Assembly (NCBI GenBank): GCA_905178155.1 | Contig: CAJINV010000006.1 | Location: 1,964,230 to 2,028,229, forward strand | Reading direction: 5' to 3' | Source: Amoebophrya sp. A120 | Taxonomy: Eukaryota > Protista > Dinoflagellata | Length of the DNA stretch: 64,000 nucleotides | Shown here: positions 41,069-53,115 of the stretch, piece after piece | Layout: each line of letters begins with the position of its first letter | Numbering within the stretch: position 1 is the stretch's first letter | The notes under the pieces: generated by a model | The model's input: only the letters and a program-made list of their open reading frames with translations | What the model was told of the DNA's origin: nothing | The model's database searches: none | Program-made: the position numbers and the translations under genes

Positions 41069-44000
41069 ATGACCGAAAAAACCACGACAACAGGCGGTTC
41101 CCCAAAGGCGGGTGCCATGAAGCAAAGCCCGAAAAAAGAGACGACCGTCAACGTTTCCGTTGTGTCGTCCAAGGCCGCTGGTGCTGAGTCTACTTCGCCC
41201 AAATCGTCGTCGCGTCAAGATGCTGATGCAGCGAAGCAAGGGCAAACGAAAAAACGGAGAATGTCGACGTCGCCGGGCGACTTAGTTGCGAGGAAAGAAC
41301 ACTTATCAAGTGCAAATATGTCTGCGTCTGGAAGATTGCAACTTGTCATGCTCAGTCTGGATCGTGCAAAAAAAATATGTGTTGCATGATTACCAAAAGT
41401 TGTAGCTTCTCACTTTTGACGGCCAGGTTGAGGAGGAGTTGTTTCCCATGCAGGAGAGGCATGATAGAGATCTCACAGCGTTTGTCATGCTAGGCCCTGC
41501 TGCATTCGTTCCATGCATACCTCGTCGGTGATGGAAAACCTGCATGACAAGTCTTACATCCTTCCAGACCCAGACATATTTGCTTTTGCAATCCATAATA
41601 CTACAACTCTGTTGGAAAGGGACTCGACCGCGAAGCTCCGATTTGGATCGAGCACACCTGCAGATTTGAAAAGCAGCAGTTTGTATCATGAGAAAAAAGT
41701 GTCTCAGTCTGACAAACCTGTGCAGAGGACTCACCAACACAAATTTGCGAAGCAAGAAAAAAAAATCTGTGATGCGTTCAAACATCAAGGGAAAGAAACA
41801 CCTATGGAACAAGACGACTTTCGTGCATGTCGAGCATGACAAAAACCTGTCTCAAGGAAGTTCCGTATCACAAGTTGAGACTGAGACACTTTTTTCTCAG
41901 GATAGTTTGTGTTGCCGAAACACTACGAGGACTCGCTCGATTACATCCTGCTGCCGCGCGTATGAACTGCAAAAGTGTCTGGGTCTGGAAGAATGCAACT
42001 TGTGACGCTGCGTTTGGATTCAAAAAAAATCTGTATTGCATGAGTACCAACGGGAATGCAGTTTTTGCTACGCTGAGAAGGCATTTGCCATGCGGAATAG
42101 GCATCAAGAAGCCCTCAGAAAATCTGTATTGCTAGGGTACTCATCACAGACATCATGGCTCATGCAAAACGTGCATGACAAGTGTCAGAATCTTCCAGAC
42201 CCAGACATTTTTACATTTGATAGCGCGGCCTGCTAAACGACCGGATTGAAGCGCTGGCCGTGCAATATGGAAGCGTCAGGATTGTTGAAATCGACAAAGT
42301 AATTTCTCATGCATAAATTGCGGGGCATGAAGTGCCTCTCTTGCAGGGATAGCAAGCGAGGCCGACTGTCAGCCTGTTTGGGGTTGGAAATACTAGAGCT
42401 GCTAAAGTATAGCATGACAAAAGCAGTCTTCTGTGCCCAAACAGCATGACAAATTGGATTCCGGTGCTCGGAAAATTTGTCATGCGCAGCTTGTTGATAA
42501 GTGTGTGGGCTTCCGACTGGTACTGCTATCGGTTTTATGCATGACAAACTATTTCAACTTTCGATTTCGATCCTGACACATCCATATGCAAATGCGGCAG
42601 TTTTACGGGGACGAAGAGTTGCACGTGCTGTGCATTTATCCACTGCAAAAGTATCTGATACTTGTATAAATGCAAGTCTTGCATTAAAATGTTTTTTCTT
42701 ATCGTAAATCCGCATTACAAATTTTATGTCTCATGCGGAGGAAATTAGAATTACTATCTATTATATTCATGCGAAAATACTGTTCTAGAGAGGGTAAACG
42801 AGAGGTGGCAGGGAGGTCAAAAAGAGGTCAAAAGAGGTAAAAAAGAGGTCGACAGAGGTGGAGAGGTGGCGCGGGAGGTAATTCGAGAGGGTGGCCGAGA
42901 GGGGGCGCGAGTATAGCCCGCCGAACCGGTCACCCTTTAGGGCCGCTAAGCGGCACGGAGGTGGCCGAGAGGTAAAAAAGAGGGCAAGCGAGAGGTGGAC
43001 AGAGTTGCCGAGAGGTTGCGCGAATAAGGGGAGACCTCTCGCGCACCCTCTGGGCCACCTCTCGGCCACCTTTGTAGACCTCTACCGGCGAGTATAGCCG
43101 GACTATTAGCAACACCTCTCGGAAGAGGTGAAAAAGAGGGTCTGCGAGAGGGGTAAAAAAACCCGAATCCGCCCGGCACAGGGCTGATTTTTTGCGGCCC
43201 TTTCATGCAAAAGCCCGAACCCTCTCGCGCCACCCTCTCGCGCACCCTCTCGCGCCACCCTCTTGCGCCACCCTCTCGCGCCAACAGTTTTATTTCCCAC
43301 CCCGGGGAATGAGGTGGGCGGGCGCGGGGTGGTGATAAACAAAGAGCAGCGTCGGCCTCTGTCTGATTCTTTCGGCACGCACCTACGCCGGGGCGGCATC
43401 TCTTCGCCCGCAAGGTTTACTGCAGCTGCCCCCTGCGCATAGCGCCGAAAGGCGCGGGAAGCGCGCAGGAGGCCCTGCGAGTTGACCTCGCGCAAAATGG
43501 CGCTCAAAGTTTCCTCGGTCCGTCACGCTGTGCCCAAAGCTTTTGTGTCGCGGCCCGATCCGCAAATAGTCAAACCCCAGCACAACAGCCTTGCGCTCCG
43601 GCGTTAGCCGGAGCATGGCTGGTTATTTGTAATGCATTTATACGAGTACCACGATACTTTTGCAGTTCATAGCATTTTGAAAGGTAGTCGGGGCTTTTTT
43701 TCCAAACTGCTCGAGATCTTCGACCGTATTCACAAGTACTCCGTTGTGACGGATGGTTCGGGGGCCGGTAAAACCACCACTAGAACGTTCAAGCACGCCC
43801 CGTACATGGAGCACTACATCCGCCTGAAATCCTACGAGAACATGCACTCTACCGGAGAATTGTTGCAGGTATGGATTGCAAAACAAGTATCGTGCTTGTA
43901 CTAGTATTTTTGCAAAAATACAAACTAGCACCGCATGACAAATGAAATTTGTCATGCCGATATGCAATTTGTCATCATGATCTACCTTGGGAGCGAGATT

Positions 44001-45643
44001 TGTCTTGCATGATTGCGACTAGTACCAGTCTTTTGCACAGGATAGCAGGTGATGTCCGACGACTTGACTGTGCTGGAAAATATCAACTGTAAAAATGTCT
44101 CGGTCTGGAAAAATCCAACTTGTCATGCTAAATCCGAATCATGTAAAAATCTGCGTTGCATGATTACCAAAAGCTGTCCACTTTTGACCTAATCGAGAGG
44201 CAGCTTCTCATGCAGAACAGGCATGATAGAACTCTCACAGAATCTGTCATGCTATGTCCTGCATACCAGACCTCATGGGTCATGGAAAACCTGCATGACA
44301 AGTCTAGCACTCTTCCAGACCCAGACACTTTTACATTTGATAGAAAACAAACACGTGCTAATCGTCGAAGACATTATTGACACGGGTAACACTATGCAAA
44401 AAAAAAAACGCCTAACGTGTGAGTCTGTGATGCAGAAAATGCAAAACAGGTGCTAATATTACGCTTGTCATGCCCGAAGACAACCATGAAGAGTCTTCTT
44501 TTCATGTGTTTCTTCTCCTCGACGAAGGCACGCATGACAAGTTTTCTCTGTCATGTGGAGAAAATTTGTGATGCTGTCAGCCAAAGGAAGTGGAAGCTAC
44601 ACGAACACAGTTTTTTTTCTTGGATAAGCACCCTGACTAAATTTGTCGAGCACTTAAAGTCGTTTTCTCCGAAGACCATCAAAGTTATGGCGTTCTCAAA
44701 TGTTACATTCTCAACTGTTACATGAATTTGCGATGCAAGAATGGCAAAAGTGAAAGGAAGGACCTTGCGCGTCTTGCATGACAGGTTTGGCACAGATTGT
44801 CAGCCTGTGTGGCCGTCTGGGAATTTGTCATGCGAAGCAGCTTGATGGCGTCGATGGTCAAGGCAATTTTGCATGACAAATTCATGTAACAGTTGAGAAT
44901 GTAACAATTGAGAATCCCATAAAAGTGGCCAGCTTGTTATGGAAGCGACCTCAGGTTTCAAAATTCTCAAAGTTGAAATCATCTGTGATGCCTGAAATGC
45001 GCCGCACAAAATGACTGTATTGCAATGGACGTCGCATCAATGGAGTTTGACTTTTGTGGTGGTCCTTCTACTAGTTAATAACTGGAATCGGGCTGCTGAT
45101 TAGCCTGATAGAAGGGCTGCACCTCGTAGTTGCATTAAACAGCATGACAGACGTGCTTTAAGACGTGCAGCCCGGCGGGAAGAAATTTGTCATGTCGTGT
45201 CGACTAATCAAAAAAAAAAAAAAGTCCCGTGCGAGTTGTCGCATCTACTAGGAACGATGTCAACTTTGAGAATTTGAAACCTGAGGCAGCTCCTTCCATA
45301 CTTGTTAGAGAAGCGCATCCCGAAGGAGAAGTCCTTTGGGTTCATCGGCGACTTTGTCGGGTTTAGCATTCCGGACCTGTTCATTGTTGGATACTGTCTG
45401 GACTACAACGAGCACTTTCGGGATTTGGACCACGTGTGCGTCATGAACTATGAATTGCAAAAGTATCATACTCGTATAAATTATGCATTACAAATTGCCT
45501 CACCCTCAGCATGATGAGAAAGAAAATTTGTAATGCTGATGCACCTTAAGAAAAAGATGCGTATATGCATGATTGCGATACGAGTATCAGATACTTTTGC
45601 ACAGGATATGAACGGCAGTGGCGTGAAAAAATTTGCGAAGTGA
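41069..45643 (+). CDS. HGXPRT: Hypoxanthine-guanine(-xanthine) phosphoribosyltransferase
   Basis: Spliced product contains [40 protein letters not shown], the PRPP motif [15 protein letters not shown] and [19 protein letters not shown]. Eleven elements: 41304-41597, 41684-41904, 41961-42222, 42266-42586, 42637-43671, 43870-44044, 44081-44342, 44393-44626, 44686-44921, 44938-45300, 45449-45608. Confidence 0.96.
42747..43625. mobile_element. GC-rich insertion nested in HGXPRT introner 42637-43671
   Basis: Splits the host motif GAAATT^TGTAATGC. AGAGG-rich then CCTCT-rich subrepeats; no TIR seen. Confidence 0.75.
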
Positions 45644-45673
45644 CGAGGAGCTTCGGTTGCCAAAAATGGGTGC

Positions 45674-45992
45674 TATGCATTGCAAATATGTAGTCGGGGT
45701 CCTCTGGAAGTAGGAATACGATGCAAGAAGATGAAACTTGTCATGCTAAGAAGTCTGCATCGTGCAAAAATCTGTATTGCAGCTGCGTCATTGCCAGCAA
45801 AAGTTGTGGTCCAGCACTTTTGGCCAAGTGAAGAGGGAGTTTCTCATGCAGGATAGGCACCGTAGAGATCTGCTCACAGAATTCACCGTGCTGGGTCCTA
45901 CATGCCAGGCCCCACGGGTCATGGAAAATTATCCGTGTGACAACAAGTCTTGCAGGTTTCCAGACGTCCAGGGATGATATTTGCATTTGATG
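45674..45992. mobile_element. Diverged introner-family copy downstream of the HGXPRT stop
   Basis: TATGCATTGCAAATAT...ATATTTGCATTTGATG; TSD unclear. Confidence 0.7.
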
Positions 45993-47792
45993 TGCAGTAC
46001 TTATGAAGATGTCCTCCGCGGTTCGTCAACATGACGCACAATTTCTACGTAGATAGAAGAATGGTGCTTCAAACGATCACGTGCATCCACACAGTTCACA
46101 TGCAAAAGGACTACTACAACATGCACTTTTTGAAACAGAGCTACCGCTTGCGGTTGTCAAAAAAGTCAAATTGCAATTGCAACGCAGAAGTCGAAGTAAG
46201 GGACAACGACCGAGGTGGTCATATAGAATTTTCGTGCGGGTCGCATCAAGCAAAGACAATTGATACGACTGTCACGAATAAATGGCCCTGCGTATACTGA
46301 TTTGTTGCGCACTGAAATTGGTTTGAAGATGCTGAGAAGCCGTAAAACAAAATCGGCTTTACATTTTCGTCTTGGATTTCACTTCTGTTCGAACGATCGA
46401 TGACGGAGGTGCGTGAACACCCTGTCTCTCGCCGTCATTGTGGACCTTTTATGAAGAAGTCAGACGTCGTGAGCTACAACTGGAGCTGCTGGTAGGTCGC
46501 TCGGTTAAAATTCAACTCTACTGATTCGGTGTTGATAGAAGTTTTGTTCAGGACGACCCAAGCGGCATTACATGAGGGATGTTGTCGGTATTGTTTGTAC
46601 TTTAATTTTAACAATATCTTTACTTTTTCTTCCACGGAGGATGAGGAATCTCCTCGCTAACGGATTTGTCGTTCCAAGAGCATTTTTACATGCCGTCAAG
46701 CCGTGAATGCACATTCTCTCGGTTCATCTGCGGGCTCTTGTCATGAGTCGTTATGATCAGCAAACGTATGATCCTCTCGGTCTCCTGTATTGTTTGTCTC
46801 CCTCGGTGTATGAAGACTGCGTGCTTTTTGTGTTGTTTTCGGTCTCTACCGGAGCTTCTCGGTATTAATTGTGGGATCGAGTTCGGTCAGAAGATGATAG
46901 AAGGAGCCACTCGCTCCTCAGTGAAAAGTAGAACGTTCATCTGTAGTGCCGTCGAGATTTTATTAAATGCTGCGTTTTTCTGCAGTGTGTGCAAGATGTG
47001 ATTGAGAAATTGATAGACACCCAAAAGGAGCTGCAAAACGCATTTATTCCTTCTCCACCGTACTGTCAACAAACCCACGAATCTACAGCTACCGGACACA
47101 ACAAGATCCACTCTTGTCGTCTGGCACACAACAACTCCTGACCCAATTGTTGACTAACGATAAAAATTTTTGAATCAACCTGTTTGTTAAAACCACCTAC
47201 AGCAACAACCTTCGAGAAGCAGCTACAACAGCTTTATTATTGTTCTCTCTACTTTCCTACACTTACATACATTTTTACGCAGGGACGGCGTACCACTGCT
47301 CGTTCATAAAGTGCAGTCTGCCCTTTTTCATTATCAACTCTAAGGCAGAGGAAAAAAACTTTTGAACCCTCACACGGTTCTTGGGGGGAAAAAAGTGTAG
47401 CGCTGTACTAGACGAAGGAGCAAGGACAGACGAAAGAGCAAGGACGGCGCATCTGAAGAGGAGCAAGAACATCAAGAGCGGAGCCTCTAGTACAAACATC
47501 AAACCGAACAGCGAAGACTTTTGACTACCCGCCGCACGACGTTGGGAGCCCAGCAGGAGGAACTGCCAAGAAAGGTACTACAGCTCCAGCATTTTGGACG
47601 ATCATATTAAAGGAGCAAGAACGTATATTAAAAAACACAACACGACCTACAGCACAACTACACTGTTTTCAGTTGGTCTTCGTGTTCGTTGCGTTAGAGT
47701 TCTTAGTGACGCTTGTTCTTCTAGCGGCGCACGGCAGTAAGTTTTCTTTGCCCAAACAGCATGACAGACTGCATTTGAGTGCTCCCGAAATT

Positions 47793-48341
47793 AATATTTA
47801 CATTGCTTGACTTCCGGGTTCTGGTAACGCATACCCCTGGCGACAGGTGACCTTGACAGGCGACTTCGACAGGTGGCCTCGACAGGTGACCGCGAGAGGT
47901 GACCTCGACAGGTAACCTCGACAGGTGACCTTGACAGGTGTCCGCGACAGGTGGCCGCGACGGGTGAACGCTCGCCCTGCCTTCCCCCACTTCTAGCGTT
48001 TCGCGCACTAAGCTACTATGCTCGCCCCTGGTGTGAGGCGAGGGGCGGACGCTGTGTGTCCGCCCCGATGCCGAACACCCTTCCCCCACTAGTGCTTCGC
48101 GCACTAAGCCACTATGCGCGCGCCTGGTGTGAGGCGAGGGGCGGACGCTGTCCGCCCCGATGCCGAACACTCTTCCCCCACTAGTGCTTCGCGCAGTAAG
48201 CCACTACGCGCGCGCCTGGTGTGAGGCGAGGGGCGGACGCTGTCTGCCCCGATGCCGAACACCCTTCCCCCACTAGCGCCACTAGGGACGGGCACAAGGC
48301 TCCAGCGTGGGGACCCTGTCCCCACGCTCGGGTGGGCCTTG
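47793..48341. repeat. Tandem-repeat insertion (13-bp CGACAGGTGACCT units, then three ~92-bp units) inside a truncated introner (~47740-48440)
   Basis: Visible tandem arrays. The flanks rejoin as CCCGAAATT^TGTCATGC of the GTCAGG family. Confidence 0.8.
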
Positions 48342-48464
48342 TTTGTCATGCGCCACGTACAAACTGAGGCTCCAACTGGTATCGGTTTTATGCATCACAA
48401 ATTTTTCGATTTTGCCAATTTCAATTCTGACACTTCCATAAAAATAAAAATCAGCTTCCAGAGG

Positions 48465-51400
48465 ATGGCGGGAAGTACTAAGGCAGCCGACAACTGCTCC
48501 CACGGCGCCGCCGCTAGCAGCATATGCATTGAAAATATATCTGGGTCTGGAAGATTTTTGCAACTTGTATATCATACTAAATCTGAATCATGTAAAAATC
48601 TGTGTTGATGCATGAGTGCCAAAAGCTGTCCACCTCTTCTGACCAAGTTGAGAGCGAGTTTCTGCTCATGCAGGATCATAGGCATGAGCATGACGGAGAC
48701 CTAACAGAATCTGTCATGCTGGGTCCCGCATTCCAGATCTCATGGGTCATCGTCATGCAAGACCAGCATGACAAGTCGTGCAACCTTCCAGACCGAGATC
48801 GGTGTTTGCGCTTGATGCAGCAGTGCTGCGTGCAACTCCCGCCGCCGCTCGTGTTCCCGGCGCGTGCTTGGCACCTTCTATGCACTGCAAAAGTATAATC
48901 GTACTCGTACTAAAAATTGCGTTTATGCATTAAAAAGTTTTTTCTTGAGGCAGATCTGCATTACTAATGCTAAGTCAATTTGTCATGCGATTTCTACTAG
49001 TACAACACTTTTGCAGTTCATACCTTCTCGGGACTCACGTTTCTCCATGATGTGACAACCGGTTCGGTTTTCCTGCAGATTCCGGGGGCCAAAGCCGTCC
49101 GGATGCCGAAGGATTTTTTGGCGAAAGCCGACGGGGAGGTAGTCGAAGAGGAGAACAGCATGATTCCCGCGGACGACACGAAATCTGCGGTGGAAACGGG
49201 TCATATGCATGGCAAATATCTCTGGGTCTGGAAGTAAAGTTGCACTTGCAACTTGTGATGCAAACGCTGGAACAGACAAAGACTTGTGTTGCATGAGCGC
49301 TAAAAAAGCTGCTCATTTTTTGCTGCAATGGCGGGCAGCTTCAGCTTCTCGTCATGCTTGACAGGCATCACGCCGCGTCCTCAAAACCTGTAATGCTTGT
49401 TTTGCGTGCATCAGACACCATTTGGGCGATCATCCGCAAGGTGCATGACAAGCGGGCGCATGTGAAGCAGCACACGAAAGGTACCCGGGACGCGAAGGGT
49501 ACCTAGAACAGAAAAAAGCACACAAAACAGACAAAAAGACGTATGAGCAGAAAAGTTTTTTCTGACAACGCGCAGCATTTGTCTGTCCTGCGCGGAACAT
49601 ACAGCTTTTTTGTATGTGGAGCGGAAGTGGTGTGGCTGTGGTTGAATGTTCATTGTGGCATGCGGAAGACTCGCGCAGAAACGGCGCACCGCGGCTTTGC
49701 GGTTACCACAAGCAGGAGCGCTCGCGCGCGCAGCACAAACTTGGCGCGAAGAAATAGCGCGCGCGCGCGCGTTCGAGGGCAAGGGCAAATAATACGCGGC
49801 ACGCAGCACTTTTTGGCCACTGCTCACATGGACACTCACTCTCGATGGCGTCTGTATTTTTGCTAACAGTCCGTGAGAATGCAGATGACCGAGCGACTGC
49901 CGAATGTGCGTAGTCGTAGTGCGGCGTAGCGCGGCCGCGGCTAAGCGGAACGCCGCGGTGCTAGCGCGGAACCATACAAAACGACGGCGCAGAGGCATTG
50001 TAGGTCCCTTCGCGTCCGGGGGCCCCGGGAAGTCCTGGGGGCCCCGTGCCGGACGGTAGAACCAGTTTCACAAGGGTCCGCCGGGAAAACAGCGGACCAT
50101 AAAACATAACAAATTTGTATGAGAAAGCGATTTAGAGGCGGGGTTTCTTCTAGGACAATTAGGGGCAGGCCCCCTCGTGTCCTGACATACAAATATAATC
50201 TGGGGGGTCTCAGGAATACTGGTTCACATGACTCTTCCAGACCTAGACATAAGTATTTGCATTCGATAGACCAACGGGCAAAAGAACCGAAGCGCGTTTC
50301 GCTGCTGGCGATGGGGCGACAACGGCGGGAAAAAGAGCTGATGGCGCCGGAAGGAAAGAAACAAAGCTCCGAGCAGGACGGCGAGGCATCATCTGCGGCC
50401 TCAAAGGGATGCTCCAAGGAGGACCGGAAACGTCTGGCGGGCATTACTGCGGAGTTTTTGTCCAAACTCGTCTTCACGGAAAGCGAAGACCAACCCAAGA
50501 GCCTCAACGAAATCTTTGGGGAACAAATCTCTAAGGAGCTCGAAACCGGGGCTGCTGATCTCGAGCCCGGGGTGCAGAACGCGAAAGCCGAAAAGGAGGC
50601 TGCAGCAGAAGAAGTAACGAAAACGAAAAACAAGGAAAAGGAAAACTTGGCTCTTATTGCGAACAAACCTGAATCCAAACTTGCTTTTGAGGCTTACCTC
50701 GCTGCTTCCACGGCTCGGGATAATGCTCAGGCGCGTCTCCAGGATGCTACCACAGCATGGAAAAATGCTGCCAAGGCCAAGAAGGAAGAGCTTGGGCTGC
50801 AGAAGCTCACTGAAATCAACATCCTGAAGTTCTTCGCGGAGAACAAAGAGCGTTTTTCGTTGTTCGTGAATACCGTGCTATGGAGTGTAACTAAGCGGTG
50901 GCGGGTCTTCACTTTTTGGCGTAGATGATAACTAACAATCGTGTTGGCGAAGTAGATACTAGTAGGGACACCGCAGGAGTGCGGTTTTTCATGACCATGA
51001 CATGAAAAAGATGAAGACCACGTTGGTTCGTCTGTGGCTCTAGAAGCAGGTCCCATGATGCTGGATGAAAAGGAAATGCATTCGCTTTATATTTGCGATT
51101 TATATATATAGCCACCGGGGTTTGGCTGGTTTCCTTCGGTTCGATATTAAAGTGGATGTGGAACTACAGACAGCAACTTCATGTTGCGCGAAACAATTTT
51201 ATTCCGCGAAACGACGGAAGGGGAGCTGAAGCTCTATTTCAGCCGACTTACGCGTATGATATTCTTGGCATGGTTTTATTTCGGACGCCTACGACTCCTG
51301 CTGCGCATTTTCTCAGGATACATCTTTAACCTCGACTTGGGCTTCAAGTATGGGATAGCTCTCAAGCGTAACGCTCTCAGCTGTTACATCATGTTTTTTT

Positions 51401-53115
51401 TTGTCATGCAAATAAATTACCAGAAGCCGCCACACCCACACGACCGCCGATCGCGGTGATCCGCATGACAAATGCTCGAAGGGCTAAACAGCATCAAGTA
51501 CGTAGATCCGTTCCAAGTTTGTCACGCAAGAAAACGCGCAATCTTCATCCAGCTTTCGCTTTGTTTGCTGTTCTTGCGTCACAACTTCATGTAACAGTTG
51601 AGAGCGTGACATTTGAGAACCCCATATGAAGGACGGCTGGACGTGGGAGAACAAGAGGGACATGGGCTCGCTTTTCGCCGGATACGTGCACCACATCACC
51701 TATGGAAGTGTAGTCAGGCTTGAAATCGACAAAGTTGAAAACCTATCAACTGTAAAAATGTCTGGGTCTGGAAGAATGCAACTTGTGATGCTGCATTTGA
51801 ATTCCAAAAAAATCTGTCTTGCATGAGCAGCAAAGGGAATGCGATTTTTGCTACGCGGAAAGGGCATTTGTCATGCGGCATAGGCATCAAGATGCCCTCA
51901 AAACATCTGTGACGCTAGGGCATGCATCACAGACACCATGGGTCATGCAAAACGTGCATCACAAGTCTCAGAATCTTCCAGACCCAGACACTTTTGCATT
52001 TGATAAAACCTCTGGCTCTGCGTTGCTGCTGCATAAACCGGACACGAATCGGACCAACAGTTTCTAGTCGGCGCATGACAGATTTTCCCGTTGCCGTTAG
52101 CGAGTCTGTCATGCTGTTTAGGGAAACGACGCCCCCTTCTGTCTTGCTGATCAGCGGGGCAATTCTTGACCCTTAGCAGGGCTACAAGCTGCCTCCCTTG
52201 CGTCCTCTGCAATGCAGTCCCTTCCTGTGGTGCATTTTATGCATGGCAGACTATTTCAACTTTGCCGATTTCGGGCCTGAGGCGTCCATATCGTCACGCA
52301 GGATCCTAACATGGACAAAGACAGTGCGTGTTTTGAATGGAAGGGCATTATTATGAGAGTGCACAGCCCCCCCCTCCGCAATAATTCGTCATGCAAAACC
52401 CCAAATCCAGTCGCCGCCTTGTGGCGCTGAGACAGAGGTCGCGGAAACAAAGTGCTTCCTCGCCCACCCCCCGGGGAGGGGATCCTTGTCATGTGGCGCT
52501 GGATGCGGGTGTCCACTACATGATGACGGTGATGATGATGCTGGCACTGTTTGCGTGACAGACTGTGGAAGCCCAAACGCAAACAGTAATATTACATCAG
52601 GCACATAAGAAAATACGGCACGCACATGCTCCACGTGTGCTGGTGTTTGTATTGCTGTTCATGCCATACAAATGCGGGGGAGCGAGGAGGGGTTGTGCAC
52701 TGTCATAACCATGAAAGAAATCGCGCGTGGAGTCGACACATGGGGGCCGCTTGGCAAGATTTGGCGGAGGGGCAAGTCAGACAAGGCGCTTGTGGGCCAG
52801 TACGTTGCGGAGGCGAAGAAGTGGCTGAAGAAGTTCACACCGACGAGCTGGCGCAGGTTCGCCGAGGCCTTCAACTTTGGCTACTTTAGGCAGGGAGCGG
52901 AGCGGATCTTCCTTGTCGTGGAAAGGCTGGCTCGACCGCAAGTGGATGGTGGTCGCGATGTCGGTCTGAATTTCTCCCCGGTGAGAAACGAGGGGGACAT
53001 GGAGCTCGTTTTCGGTGCGTTCCAGAATGAGGTAAAGCGGCGCGACGAAGAACTTCGACAGAACGAAGATGAGCGAGGGCGGGCCCGAGCCCGCGGCGCA
53101 ACTTCCAAACATTGA
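48465..53115 (+). CDS. Hypothetical multi-exon protein
   Basis: In-frame joins across 48523-48817, 48879-49022, 49204-50268, 51349-51626, 51701-52290 and 52352-52707. Exon structure between ~50880 and ~51320 not resolved. Confidence 0.55.
49463..50226. mobile_element. 764-bp TG...CA element with 4-bp TSD CATG nested in an introner (solo-LTR or Ginger-like)
   Basis: CATG|TGAAGCAG...CTGGTTCA|CATG, with a short imperfect TIR. Confidence 0.6.
51744..52005. mobile_element. Introner nested inside introner 51701-52290
   Basis: Full GTCTGGGTCTGG-family copy with TSD AAACC/AAACC. Confidence 0.92.

Noticed and set aside
50879-51320. Additional introners in the fifth gene
   Set aside because: A TAT start and a TTCTCAGGATA end are visible, but I could not pair them with a TSD and a consistent frame.
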